A model generated the notes under the pieces. It was given only the letters and a program-made list of their open reading frames with translations, made no database searches and was not told the origin of the DNA. A DNA stretch of 64,000 nt from a virus, in IMG/VR virus record IMGVR_UViG_3300031772_002569, positions 10,031-74,030 of that record; one strand, given 5' to 3'. This document shows, in pieces, positions 19,627-29,776 of this stretch (positions are counted from its first letter, which is position 1; each line of letters begins with the position of its first letter). The position numbers and the translations under genes were made by a program.

Positions 19627-19859
19627 AATGTAATTCCTCTTTTTTAATCGTTATGTACTTTATCATTCATATCTTAAGTGTAAACTTAAAATATCGGAAG
19701 ATAGTATGTGAACGTTTTTTGTTGTTTAATTAGATTGTACATAATTTTTATACTACTGTCTTAGTATTTTTATTTTGATTTTCATTTGTTACGCGATACT
19801 TATAAATTGAAATCGCCTGTAGGGGCGCTCAACAATCAAAAAGAAAGAGATAAGAAAGT

Positions 19860-20717
19860 ATGAACAAGCCAGACATTAATATTCTAGTCAACAACAATCG
19901 TTGCAAATTCTATTACCACGAAGGAAAAACTTACGTGGAAGCAAAACAGGGTTCGGAATACACCATCGAAATAAAGAACAATCAATATGGCCGTGTCGAA
20001 GCCGTTTGTTCTGTTGACGGTCTTTCCGTATTAACAGGAAAAACAGCCGGAGAAAATGATACGGGTTATGTAGTTGATGGATATCATCCATTGAAGATCG
20101 AAGGATTCAGACATTCCAAAGATGCGGTAGGAGCTTTCAAGTTTGAATTGAAGGATAATTCGTATGCTGCTGAAAAAGGTAAAAAATCCAAAAGAAATTG
20201 TGGTGTGATTGGAATAAGACTTTTTTCTGAAAAAGAAAAGCCTATAAATTTACCTCCAATTTGGATACACGACCATACTAAATCTAATCTTTGTCCGTCT
20301 ATCACTCCATATTGGGGAGATTGGGCAACAATCACCTGTAAAGGAATGAGTAATCAAACATTTACTTCCGGATTGATGTCTAAAAATTTATCATTCGATG
20401 GCAATGCCGGCGTGAACCCCCCAGCGAATTTTTGTAATTCTGTTCCTTCATCAGAAAACTCCATTCTTCGTTCTATTAATACCGAAAAGAAAGAAAAAGG
20501 ATTTGATATGGGAACTGCTTGGGGGTCTAACAAGGAGAGTAAAGTCATTACAGTTTCTTTTGACCGGGGTTCTTTGGAGTTCGAAATGGATATCTATTAC
20601 GCCAGTCGTGAATCGTTGATTGAGATGGGAGTTCCTATTCAAAATCAAACAAAGGTCAACTTTCCTAACAGTTTTCCGAATGGATTTGCTCAACCACCTA
20701 AGAATTGGAAGAAGTAA
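19860..20717 (+). CDS. conserved hypothetical protein
   Basis: 285-aa ORF (YTIEIKNN..RVEAVCSVDG..GYVV..IEGFR..GVIGIRLFSEK..FAQPP), divergent from the helicase and followed by a hairpin. Confidence 0.8.
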   Translation: MNKPDINILVNNNRCKFYYHEGKTYVEAKQGSEYTIEIKNNQYGRVEAVCSVDGLSVLTGKTAGENDTGYVVDGYHPLKIEGFRHSKDAVGAFKFELKDNSYAAEKGKKSKRNCGVIGIRLFSEKEKPINLPPIWIHDHTKSNLCPSITPYWGDWATITCKGMSNQTFTSGLMSKNLSFDGNAGVNPPANFCNSVPSSENSILRSINTEKKEKGFDMGTAWGSNKESKVITVSFDRGSLEFEMDIYYASRESLIEMGVPIQNQTKVNFPNSFPNGFAQPPKNWKK

Positions 20718-20727
20718 TTAGTTGAGA

Positions 20728-20756
20728 TAGGGAGTCGAAAGGATTTGACTCCTTAT
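20728..20756. terminator. hairpin between convergent genes
   Basis: Imperfect inverted repeat ggagtcgaa-agga-tttgactcc. Confidence 0.55.
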
Positions 20757-20935
20757 TCATCCGAATACATAGGATTCCAGTCTCCATCATCCTTTTTCTG
20801 ATAACCAATAATACGTTTTGGTATTTTACTGACTTCTTTTTTCTCTATCTTCTTTTCCTGACTCTTTTCGTATTGTTCAATTCTGGACTTACCTTTGCGA
20901 CTGGCTGCTTTTTTATTTTCTGTATTCTTTTTCAT
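20753..20935 (-). CDS. small basic hypothetical protein
   Basis: 60-aa ORF coupled to the exonuclease stop by an ATGA overlap. Confidence 0.55.
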   Translation of the reverse strand: MKKNTENKKAASRKGKSRIEQYEKSQEKKIEKKEVSKIPKRIIGYQKKDDGDWNPMYSDE

Positions 20936-22014
20936 TCTTTGATATATCCATCCAATTTAGTGAAACACTCTCCTATCCATGTTTGGTAGTTAGGAATGTT
21001 ATTCCACAGTTTATCTTCTGTTACGAGTTTTGAAAACTCAAATCTGTTTAATTTAGTTATGGGATTGTCTAATGAATCTTTGACGTGCAACTGAGCAAAC
21101 GTTTGTAGTTGTGTATTGTGCAATTGCATCAACTCGTAATTTCTTTCGACTCCGTTTTTATCGTTCAAGATATTTTCATATATCTTCCAATCATTTTCTG
21201 CCTTCTCACATAACACAAATAAATCCACAGGCAAAAGAGTTTTCCCTTCCCTTAATTCAGGAAACGCTTTAAGTAATGTTTTTAATCCACATCCTTTGAT
21301 GCCAGGAATATTATCCGACACATCTCCATCCAATGCTCTATAGAGAGTAAAGTTATTCGAGTGTATTCCGTATTCATTAATAACCTCGGACGGGCCGTAT
21401 AGTTTTTTCTTTGTTGGACTCCATACCGATATTCTTTCTGTAACCAATTGTAAAAAGTCTTTGTCCGATGACATTATACAAATATCCCATTCCTTGAAAT
21501 GATCCGTCGCACAGTATGCGATTGTATCGTCTGCTTCTACGTTATCCAAAGATAACATGTTTACAGGAATATTTTGAAGGTATTCTACTGTTCTTTGTAA
21601 TTGTTTCTTGAGGTTTCTATCTTCGTCATTTAAACCGTCGTCGTCATTAGCATAAGCACGATTGAGACGAATCTTTGTTTTTCTTCTTTGTTTGTAGTCT
21701 GGAAAGATTTTTCTTCGTTTTAGAGAACCACCGGGGCCGTCAAATATAACCACACATCTGTCTGGTTTGCACATTTTGATAGCATACCCCATACTCTTCA
21801 AAAATCCTGAAATGCCTCCTGTGTGCAATCCATCTTCGTTCATGGATGGAATGGCTGCAAAACAACGGAGGAAGGTGTTGTATCCATCTACTAACAACAC
21901 CTTCCTCCGTGTAGAATTACTTAATCCATTTTTATCGACTTGAGTTTTTGCTTCCTTCAGATTTTCCCAAATTGAGAACAACTTACTCTTGTCATTTGTG
22001 TCCATATTATTCAT
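20932..22014 (-). CDS. 5'-3' exonuclease / flap endonuclease (T4 RNase H-like)
   Basis: LLVDGYN, VIFDG, YKQRR, EADDTIA, SSDKDFLQL, GDVSDNIPGIKGCG. Confidence 0.92.
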   Translation of the reverse strand: MNNMDTNDKSKLFSIWENLKEAKTQVDKNGLSNSTRRKVLLVDGYNTFLRCFAAIPSMNEDGLHTGGISGFLKSMGYAIKMCKPDRCVVIFDGPGGSLKRRKIFPDYKQRRKTKIRLNRAYANDDDGLNDEDRNLKKQLQRTVEYLQNIPVNMLSLDNVEADDTIAYCATDHFKEWDICIMSSDKDFLQLVTERISVWSPTKKKLYGPSEVINEYGIHSNNFTLYRALDGDVSDNIPGIKGCGLKTLLKAFPELREGKTLLPVDLFVLCEKAENDWKIYENILNDKNGVERNYELMQLHNTQLQTFAQLHVKDSLDNPITKLNRFEFSKLVTEDKLWNNIPNYQTWIGECFTKLDGYIKE

Positions 22015-23158
22015 CTGAAACTGACTTACCTAATTCAGCGTCCTCATCATCGGTAACAACAATATCTTCATCTATTTTGCTGTTTGGATCACGATATGTC
22101 ATTACATATTGATTACAAATTGAATTATAGACTAATTGTTTGAATGCTGTGTCGGTGTTTACCCTTTCAACGAATTCTCTAGCTGATAGCCTGAATTTTT
22201 CTTCGCCTAAAGTCATATCATACGCTCCTTTGGAGGATGTTGCTATTCCTTTTGCTTTTAAGAAATCCAACCAACTAGCTAAGTCTTGAACTCCGGAATC
22301 GAAGAAGATGTCGAATTCAGCAACCCTTTGTGGAGGGCCCATGCGATTCTTTACGACTTGGGCTTTACATTTGTTTCCAACTACATCGTCGCCCTTTTTA
22401 ATCTTACCTGTGGAACTAAGTCGAACACGAACTGAACAGTGATAAGCTAGGGATTTACCTCCACTCACGACGTATTTATCTCCAAACGCCATGGCGTTCA
22501 TGTTCATACGGAGTTGATTGGTGAATACGATTAATACTCGTTGTTTACCTATGAGACTTGTTATCTTTCTCATGGCTTTTGATATAATGATTGACTTAGA
22601 TGTATTATATCCGTCCTTACCGTGTTCGGCTTCCATTTCGGTGTCACAACTCGCGGCAGCAACAGAATCAACAACAATGGTCAATAACCTATCACTGTTG
22701 GCTTTTCTAATGGTTCCAATGATGTGTTCCATGTAAGAGAATATTTCTTCTACCGTGGTTAATGGAACATAAGCACATTTTGAAAGGTCAACTCCTACAG
22801 CCTTCCAGAAATCTGGAGCGGCAGCAGTTTCAGTATCAATGAATACTCCTATTCCGCCTTTCTTTTGAGTGTTAGCTATAATATGCGCAGCTAGAAGCGA
22901 TTTTCCTGAACCTTCTAATCCATTTAATTCGACCATTCTTCCGACAGGCAATCCGCCATCCGGACGATTTGAAATGGCTAAATCCAAAAGGGTTGAGCCT
23001 GTTGAAATCCAGTCTGTAATAACCGATGGGTCTTCTTGGTCATCTAAGAAGAAGGCAACTTTACCTCCTTCTTTGTTAAGTTTGTTCATCGAATTTACCA
23101 ACAATTCCGTGAGTTCGTCTCTTTTTTGAGGGTTCTCTTGTAAATTTTTCTTTTTCAT
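22007..23158 (-). CDS. recA: RecA/UvsX-like recombinase
   Basis: STGS..LDLAI, GGLPVGR, GLEGSGKS, FIDTE, VVDSVAA, FTNQLR, GGKSL, KNRMGPP. Confidence 0.93.
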   Translation of the reverse strand: MKKKNLQENPQKRDELTELLVNSMNKLNKEGGKVAFFLDDQEDPSVITDWISTGSTLLDLAISNRPDGGLPVGRMVELNGLEGSGKSLLAAHIIANTQKKGGIGVFIDTETAAAPDFWKAVGVDLSKCAYVPLTTVEEIFSYMEHIIGTIRKANSDRLLTIVVDSVAAASCDTEMEAEHGKDGYNTSKSIIISKAMRKITSLIGKQRVLIVFTNQLRMNMNAMAFGDKYVVSGGKSLAYHCSVRVRLSSTGKIKKGDDVVGNKCKAQVVKNRMGPPQRVAEFDIFFDSGVQDLASWLDFLKAKGIATSSKGAYDMTLGEEKFRLSAREFVERVNTDTAFKQLVYNSICNQYVMTYRDPNSKIDEDIVVTDDEDAELGKSVSDE

Positions 23159-23182
23159 AAATTATTCTTTCAATTATATACA

Positions 23183-23212
23183 GAAATAGTACACCTCTCG
23201 ATGTACTATTTC
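23183..23212 (-). terminator. hairpin downstream of the SSB gene
   Basis: 11-bp inverted repeat gaaatagtaca/tgtactatttc. Confidence 0.55.
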
Positions 23213-23225
23213 AATATATTTTATT

Positions 23226-24194
23226 TTATGAATTAAACAAATTGTCGAACACTTTGGTAAAGTCGTTGACACTCGTTTTCACGCCTGCGGCAGCTGCCGA
23301 GGGTGACGTTGGTGACGTTGGTGCTGGTGTGTATGTTACTTTGGTTACGGCCTTAGCTGCAACCGCTGGATCGCCAATTGGTGGAGTGACTTCAACTGCT
23401 ACAACAACTTCTGGTTCGAGCAGGGGGTCGAAAGCCGCGACTTGTTCGGCTGTAGTTACTACGGTAGGTTCGACAACTTGAGGTTCGTTGTCAGAAGGAT
23501 TGGAATCACCGTCTTTCTTTGCTAGATATTGTTCGAGATTGTTTTTCAAATCTTCATAGGAAGCAACTTCATAGACTTCAAGGATATTAGCTTGTTTTTG
23601 AGTAATGAGTTCCATCAATTCCTTTGCCTTTGGATGCTTTGGGTCAATGACTGGGCATGGGCGGGGCTTTGGAAGAATAGACGTATCTGGATATTGTTTT
23701 CCTGCAACTTCTTTACATTCTACAGTGAAATCGAATCCGCTGTTTAAGTCAGAAACATCACCGTAATCAGGGTCGGCCATGATTCCAAGTAATGCTTTAT
23801 ATACTGTTTGACCGAATCCCCAAAAACGTACTCCCTTTTCTTCTTCACCACGAACGATGATAGGCACATAGGTACGAAGTTTTGGTTCAAGACTGCGGCC
23901 TAATCTCCATTGGTCTTTATCACCAGACTTTTTAAGATGTTCTGATAATTCAAGAACGGGATCAGGACGGTTAAATGTAGAAGGACTTAAGAAAGTCTTG
24001 TTATTTAAACCGTAATGAAATTTTAATTCAAAGAACGGATTCTCTGGTTGATGTTGTGAAGGAACAATTCGGATTATGAATTTTCCCTTATCTTTTTCAG
24101 GCTTCCAAATGAAGGCTTTAGTTTTTTGGGATTTGGAATCTTTTTTGTCGAGGGATTGGAGACGGGCTTTAATTGCGGATAGGTCTATAGGCAT
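23226..24194 (-). CDS. single-stranded DNA-binding protein (T4 gp32-like)
   Basis: WKP...IRIVP, PF.EL.FHY, GVRFWGFG..VY..L, DPDYGD..D...G.D, C-terminal FDNLFNS tail; next to recA. Confidence 0.85.
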   Translation of the reverse strand: MPIDLSAIKARLQSLDKKDSKSQKTKAFIWKPEKDKGKFIIRIVPSQHQPENPFFELKFHYGLNNKTFLSPSTFNRPDPVLELSEHLKKSGDKDQWRLGRSLEPKLRTYVPIIVRGEEEKGVRFWGFGQTVYKALLGIMADPDYGDVSDLNSGFDFTVECKEVAGKQYPDTSILPKPRPCPVIDPKHPKAKELMELITQKQANILEVYEVASYEDLKNNLEQYLAKKDGDSNPSDNEPQVVEPTVVTTAEQVAAFDPLLEPEVVVAVEVTPPIGDPAVAAKAVTKVTYTPAPTSPTSPSAAAAGVKTSVNDFTKVFDNLFNS

Positions 24195-24303
24195 AGTGTT
24201 ATTAAGTGTTTAAGTTTTTAATTAGTAATTCAATAATTAACTCCTCGTTAAATCTTGATTTATTACTAATACATATAAACACTACCGCCTGTACACCAAA
24301 TAA

Positions 24304-24705
24304 TCAATTTAAAATAACATGAATTTTAAGTGGGATTATTCTAATAGAAATTTCTCCAGTCAATATCAGTGAGTTCTTATACAGTTCCCAATCGACTGCA
24401 TATTTATTGTCGAACACTCCACCGTTTTCGTCTTGGATTAAACGATTCATAGCATTCAAAGTATAAAGAGTATTAGTTAGTTTCTTTCTGTGGATGCCTA
24501 TCGTATTTTTGAATCTGTTTTTAGAATTATCCTCTGTAGATATGATGTTGTATGTAACGAACATTTCTTTTGGGTTCTTTTCATTAGAAAAAACGAAGAA
24601 TTTGCTGTTATCAAAAACTTTGTAGAAGTTTTTTATTTCATCGGTGGTTTTTTCAAATGACGTGGGCGTGGAAAACGTACATAACAATTGTCTCTTATCA
24701 TTCAT
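24304..24705 (-). CDS. conserved phage hypothetical protein
   Basis: QLLCTF...TYNI...HRKKLTNTLYTLNAMN...W..Y.NSLIL. Confidence 0.75.
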   Translation of the reverse strand: MNDKRQLLCTFSTPTSFEKTTDEIKNFYKVFDNSKFFVFSNEKNPKEMFVTYNIISTEDNSKNRFKNTIGIHRKKLTNTLYTLNAMNRLIQDENGGVFDNKYAVDWELYKNSLILTGEISIRIIPLKIHVILN

Positions 24706-24710
24706 AGAAA

Positions 24711-25397
24711 TTAATCCTTGGATTTTCTCTTTTCGGATAACAATTCCAGAATATATTTTGGTCCGTTATTTTCTACCCACAAAGATACTTCTTGTAATAG
24801 TGAAGAATCTGATTGAAGGATGTTTTTTATTGCGATTGCATCTAAATATTTTTCTTGTGAAGACTTTGGTTCTGGTTCAGGCAATTCCGTTGGCTCTTTT
24901 ACTGGTTCCGCAGGAACCTCTGGAGAGGGAGAAGATTGTGGAGCAGCGGCAGTCGTTGGTGTAGCAGTCGCAGGAGGTTGTTCGGTAGATGGTGCTGCAG
25001 CAGAAAGAGGCAATGAAGTTTTATTGTCTTCTGGTTTACTATCGACAGCCGCAGGTGCAGATGCTGTATCAGATTTAGGGGCATCAGGGTCAGTGAATAA
25101 GTTATTTTGTGTTGCCGGCTTCTTTTCAAAATGTGTTCCTCTTTGTATGGCACGTTGTTTATATTCCGGCGTAGGAAATGTCACCAATATACCATTTTTA
25201 TTGTATGCCTGTCTTTCTGGATGTTTTCCTTCTACTACTCTATTACAAAAATCTACGGCTTCATCGACAGGAATTCCTCTATTGATAAGATGATCCCTTA
25301 AGGCATCCATGTGGTCAACATTTGAAATCTCGAATATTCCATCTTTGACTCGTGGATCGATACTTACACTATTTATGATTCTTTCTATAATACTCAT
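24711..25397 (-). CDS. hypothetical late protein with Pro/Ala-rich linker
   Basis: 228-aa ORF with the TATTTATA motif at 25425-25432 upstream. Confidence 0.75.
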   Translation of the reverse strand: MSIIERIINSVSIDPRVKDGIFEISNVDHMDALRDHLINRGIPVDEAVDFCNRVVEGKHPERQAYNKNGILVTFPTPEYKQRAIQRGTHFEKKPATQNNLFTDPDAPKSDTASAPAAVDSKPEDNKTSLPLSAAAPSTEQPPATATPTTAAAPQSSPSPEVPAEPVKEPTELPEPEPKSSQEKYLDAIAIKNILQSDSSLLQEVSLWVENNGPKYILELLSEKRKSKD

Positions 25398-25452
25398 ATA
25401 ACTGATTATGGTTCAGCGTATATGTATAAATATTTAAGAAATTATCAAACAA

Positions 25453-26802
25453 TTATAATTGTATTTGTTGTAAGTCATTATAAGAATCACCTACATACAT
25501 TTTTATAGGAAATCTATCACCCATCTTCATAATAGATACGATGTCGTTCAGTGTTTGTATGCCATCCTTCTTAGAAAAATCGAATAAAATAGAATCGTAG
25601 GTATATAAGACTGGCTTGGTTTCTTTATCCGACACATATCTGTTAATTTCTTTTAACGATGTCATCGATATCTCCGTCTCTGTGGCCTGAAGAATATAAT
25701 TAAACAACTTGTTTGGGTTGGGATCCAATATGTGTTCTTTTGTTATTCTCCGTTTAAATATGGGAGTCAAAACATACCCATTCTCTCGAAAGAATTTCCA
25801 TGAATTATTTATAAAATCCTTCAAATGAACTAAGTATTTGATGTTGGAGTATTTTTCTTCCACCCCCCCGTAAAGTTGTTTAAAAGTAAGTTTTTTAGAC
25901 TCGTCTATATCAAAGTCAGAAAGTTCTTCTCTTTTGAAATAGAGTTCTCCGAGGTATCTATAAATATCTATATTTGATGGTAAATCAAATTGGGTTAAAT
26001 GACAAATAATTCTGGGATGAAAAGCAGAATAATCTATCAATATCATCTTACCGTCTTTTTTGAATCGAGATGTGAAGCACGAACGAACTCCGTTTTCTTT
26101 GTTCAATGCTGCATAATTTACACTTTGAAATCTGTTACTTGGTCTTCCTGTAGATGTATAAATGTTATACTGACTATAAACTAAATTGTTTTCATATATG
26201 TCAGCTTTTTCATGAAATCTACGGAAACAATTTTCATTGACATAAATTCCATTTTTTTCGATTTCCGAAAGTGTTTCTATTATGATAGAATTCTCTTTTA
26301 TGTATCCTTCATCTCTAATACAATATGGAATAGTTTCAAAAAATACATCACACATTTTCTCAAATGTTTCTTGATGTTTTAATATTGGAATACAATTATT
26401 AATTTTTGTTTCTCCTATCGACCTTATGAATTTATGTGCGGTGGTGTGATACACTTCTTCTTCGATTATTAAGTTCTTTCCTAAAAAGGTTAGAAGATTT
26501 ATATCATTTACATTATCAACCGGAAACGATTGCATCGTTGATTTTTTATCAAAAGCCCACTTAGATCCGGTTTGTAGATTTATGTCTTGATTTACTTTTT
26601 CTAAAGTCACAACTTGTTTTACGTCAGGATGTGAGAACGAAATAATGTAAGTCTTTTTTGTGTTTACATCCTTGATTAAAACCGAACTGGGAATTCTTTT
26701 AACTGAATGGACATACGGATCAACAGGAATAACATGAATTATAATTCCATGATTTTCTATCTCTTTGAGAAATGAATTGTAAATTTCAACCGATTCTATC
26801 AT
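25453..26802 (-). CDS. short, divergent family A DNA polymerase-like protein
   Basis: EKNGI, TSTGRPSN, motif A IDYSAFHPRII, motif B SKKLTFKQLYG, NYILQATE, motif C YTYDSILFD. Confidence 0.82.
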   Translation of the reverse strand: MIESVEIYNSFLKEIENHGIIIHVIPVDPYVHSVKRIPSSVLIKDVNTKKTYIISFSHPDVKQVVTLEKVNQDINLQTGSKWAFDKKSTMQSFPVDNVNDINLLTFLGKNLIIEEEVYHTTAHKFIRSIGETKINNCIPILKHQETFEKMCDVFFETIPYCIRDEGYIKENSIIIETLSEIEKNGIYVNENCFRRFHEKADIYENNLVYSQYNIYTSTGRPSNRFQSVNYAALNKENGVRSCFTSRFKKDGKMILIDYSAFHPRIICHLTQFDLPSNIDIYRYLGELYFKREELSDFDIDESKKLTFKQLYGGVEEKYSNIKYLVHLKDFINNSWKFFRENGYVLTPIFKRRITKEHILDPNPNKLFNYILQATETEISMTSLKEINRYVSDKETKPVLYTYDSILFDFSKKDGIQTLNDIVSIMKMGDRFPIKMYVGDSYNDLQQIQL

Positions 26803-26849
26803 TCACTGTACCTTAAGTAGTTATCAGCAAATGTCAATCTTTATTATCG

Positions 26850-29465
26850 TTAAAATATACGAGATTTTATGTATTTTGTTAGAGGTAGTAGTCCCGCTTG
26901 AATGGTTGTCTCCCATTCTCCTGATTCAACACTGTGTGCGACGTTTACTATTCTAAATATGACGTTATTAGAACTATATGGAGCCGGCAGATTTTTCAAA
27001 AGAAAGTATTGAAAGGTTCTTACTCCACCAATTCCTTGTATAGTCAATTCAAGTGTTATTCCTGGTTGAACACCACAATATCTTTGATTCTTTTCTTCGT
27101 TTCCGTCTTCAAACGTTGCTCTTAATAATTTCTGTTGGCCTGAGGGCAACACGAGTTTTATGATTTCTCCATTTGATAGAGTCATCTGTAGAGTGTCGGT
27201 ACTATTATCATTGATCGTATGTAATCCCCTAATTATTTCTCTCATTTGTTCTTTTGCTCTTACTTGGTCGGTATCTGTTGCACTTTTTTTAGGGTCCAAA
27301 TCTTGCACATTAATCAAATCCTTAAATTGATAATTTAACAAATCCCCTTGATCTGTTAACTTGGTTTGTGACTGTGCATTGTTGGCGGTTCCATAAATTG
27401 CTCTCGTAGCCTGAGCATCTGATAATTGGGGTCTGAATTTTAAACCTTTGATTATACTATCGGCCTCATAATAAGTAAATGTACACACCTTGTTTTCTGA
27501 TTGTTTATTATTTAAATTTATGTAGTTTCTATCGATTATGGTTAAGGTTCCCTCTGCTTCCACGAAAGCTAAATCCCAAAATCCGTCGGTGGATTTCATT
27601 AACAAGTCAAGGATCTTTAAATATATGTCTTGATATGTCTTTACTTCTTCCGAATCTATGATTTCTTTGAATGATTTGAAACTGATGTAGATATTTGACA
27701 AAAGACCTGAGAAGTCTTTTTCAATTACTTTGGTATCAAATAACCGTCTTTCTGTTTGGGATGGAAAACTATAAGAACGATTTCTATCATCCTCGTTTCC
27801 GCTTGTTCCACCAAATACATAACGATTGATATTTATGACTCTATCTAAATTCATTCTAAAACATTTATTCTCTGTTGTTTGATAATAGACTTGTCTAACC
27901 TTTTCATCTGCTGAAGATAAATTAGATGACGCGGCATCTCTAGTTCTTTGATATTGAGTATAGTATTCATTATTGGTGTTTTGATTTCTGCTCTTATCAT
28001 TACCACTGTATTTTATTAATCCTTGTGTACCTATATGATATTTTGGTGCCTGATAATTTGGTAACAATACATTGGGATCGCATGATATCATGTTTGGATG
28101 TGCGCCTATGACCGATGTATCGATATCTACTTTGAATTGTGGTCTGTTTTTGGAGCCTGGAAGAAACGAGAAATAATTCAATATATCCACTATTAATCCC
28201 ATGTTAATCCACAATCTGCCTATATCCTTATTTTCAGACGCGTCAAAATCATATTTCTGTGGGTCGCCCATTTCTCTTGCTTGAACACTCTTAAATTTAG
28301 AAAATTCGCCTTTTTCTCTTCCTGAGAATATACCCTTAATATAAGATGCCTTGGAATCCTTTAAAAATTTAATTTTCTCTTTCAATCTCTCTTTCTTCTC
28401 TTGTTCTGTTTCTCCCGGAAATGTAGAGAATAAAGTTAGGTCTTCTTTTTGTAATGATACTAAATCCAATAGAATTGATCTAAATGGTTCCTTGGATGGA
28501 CCTGAATAGTTTTTTATGAAATTTTCTATGGCTGAAGTATCATTGGTATTCAATGTCTTTAATTGTTTAAAGTTGGTGAATAGACTTGCTTGTTTTTCAT
28601 CGAGATTAACAAACGTTTTTATTCCTTGTAGTATTCCTGGACCCTCTTTATCATTTGGATTCGATGAATTGACTATCAAAGAACTGTTCTTTGCCAATCC
28701 AGCATAGAGTTTGTCCTTTGACGTTATTTCTGTGGTGCATATAATTTTGTTACCTTCTATCGTCCACGTAAAATTAGTTACAAGACCATAGATTACTTCA
28801 TAATTACCCTTTGACAAAACAGTGTGTTTGTATAAGTTTGAGGAATCTTCCCAATGACGTTGCATTTCGTCTATGTCTTTTATGTTAACCAAAGAAATGG
28901 GATTGAAGTGATTCCATCCGAATTCTATCATCACAGTTATTCCAGGAACTAAAAAATATGGAGTAAGATATTCCAATTGAGCCGGAGAAAAACACACCCA
29001 CTCAATTGTGGCCCGTCTCAACAATTCTTTTTGAACAGTTACTTCTAGCTTTGATATCGACGGAACTCCATTATGAATTACATGTTTACTATTAAGTAAA
29101 TCCTGGTCTATCGTGTGTGGTGACCCGTTAGGTTGATATCCTATTATTTGTTTATATTTACTATCTGAACCATTTGGTGTGAATCCGTATGTATTGTCAA
29201 ATCCTTGTCCGCCAAATAATACAAATCTTGGTTTGTTTATTCCTTTACTTGTGGGGCTGTTATTTCCGGCTCCATTGGAGCACGCTCGTATCCATGATAC
29301 CATCGGACCTTTGTAACGTGACCAATCTCCGGTAGATTTATCCCATCCTCCAGCTTTATCATTTTGTATATACTGAAATCCACGATTTAATTTTCTTCTA
29401 TTAAGTTCTTCTTGTACCTCGGAAGGTATATTGTGTGGGAGCCAAGGAATAAATGGTACAGGCAT
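26850..29465 (-). CDS. putative baseplate hub / tail protein
   Basis: Large ORF downstream of baseplate genes; RATIEW.CFS..QLE...FLVPG..VMIEFGW and C-terminal LELTIQGIGG...V.HSV..GEWETTI. Confidence 0.65.
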   Translation of the reverse strand: MPVPFIPWLPHNIPSEVQEELNRRKLNRGFQYIQNDKAGGWDKSTGDWSRYKGPMVSWIRACSNGAGNNSPTSKGINKPRFVLFGGQGFDNTYGFTPNGSDSKYKQIIGYQPNGSPHTIDQDLLNSKHVIHNGVPSISKLEVTVQKELLRRATIEWVCFSPAQLEYLTPYFLVPGITVMIEFGWNHFNPISLVNIKDIDEMQRHWEDSSNLYKHTVLSKGNYEVIYGLVTNFTWTIEGNKIICTTEITSKDKLYAGLAKNSSLIVNSSNPNDKEGPGILQGIKTFVNLDEKQASLFTNFKQLKTLNTNDTSAIENFIKNYSGPSKEPFRSILLDLVSLQKEDLTLFSTFPGETEQEKKERLKEKIKFLKDSKASYIKGIFSGREKGEFSKFKSVQAREMGDPQKYDFDASENKDIGRLWINMGLIVDILNYFSFLPGSKNRPQFKVDIDTSVIGAHPNMISCDPNVLLPNYQAPKYHIGTQGLIKYSGNDKSRNQNTNNEYYTQYQRTRDAASSNLSSADEKVRQVYYQTTENKCFRMNLDRVININRYVFGGTSGNEDDRNRSYSFPSQTERRLFDTKVIEKDFSGLLSNIYISFKSFKEIIDSEEVKTYQDIYLKILDLLMKSTDGFWDLAFVEAEGTLTIIDRNYINLNNKQSENKVCTFTYYEADSIIKGLKFRPQLSDAQATRAIYGTANNAQSQTKLTDQGDLLNYQFKDLINVQDLDPKKSATDTDQVRAKEQMREIIRGLHTINDNSTDTLQMTLSNGEIIKLVLPSGQQKLLRATFEDGNEEKNQRYCGVQPGITLELTIQGIGGVRTFQYFLLKNLPAPYSSNNVIFRIVNVAHSVESGEWETTIQAGLLPLTKYIKSRIF

Positions 29466-29469
29466 AACT

Positions 29470-29772
29470 TTATATTATTTTATTTAAATCGTGAAATTCT
29501 GTGATTATAGATGTTACATTGGATGGAACTCTTAACTGAAGTCCTGGTTCTACACTCAGTTTTCCTTTACCTAAGTTGTTTGATAGAGCAATTATCCACC
29601 ATAAGGTAGGATCATTATAGAATTTAAATGCAAGATTGTCTAATGTGTCTCCATCATTGGATATTAGAATCACATCCGAGTCTTTGGCTGAAATTACTGG
29701 ATATCTGGTTGTCTTATAAACCTTTTTCCCGTCAAACCTTCTATCTACCGGAGTTGATTCGTATCTTCTCAT
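29470..29772 (-). CDS. baseplate wedge protein, LysM-like (T4 gp53 / P2 gpX-like)
   Basis: GDTLDNLAFKFYNDPTLWWIIALSNNL...GLQLRVP. Confidence 0.85.
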   Translation of the reverse strand: MRRYESTPVDRRFDGKKVYKTTRYPVISAKDSDVILISNDGDTLDNLAFKFYNDPTLWWIIALSNNLGKGKLSVEPGLQLRVPSNVTSIITEFHDLNKII

Positions 29773-29776
29773 AACT

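Noticed and set aside
16118-23158. Introns or inteins in nrdJ, helicase or recA
   Set aside because: ORFs are continuous and of normal length, with no intein splice motifs or embedded endonuclease
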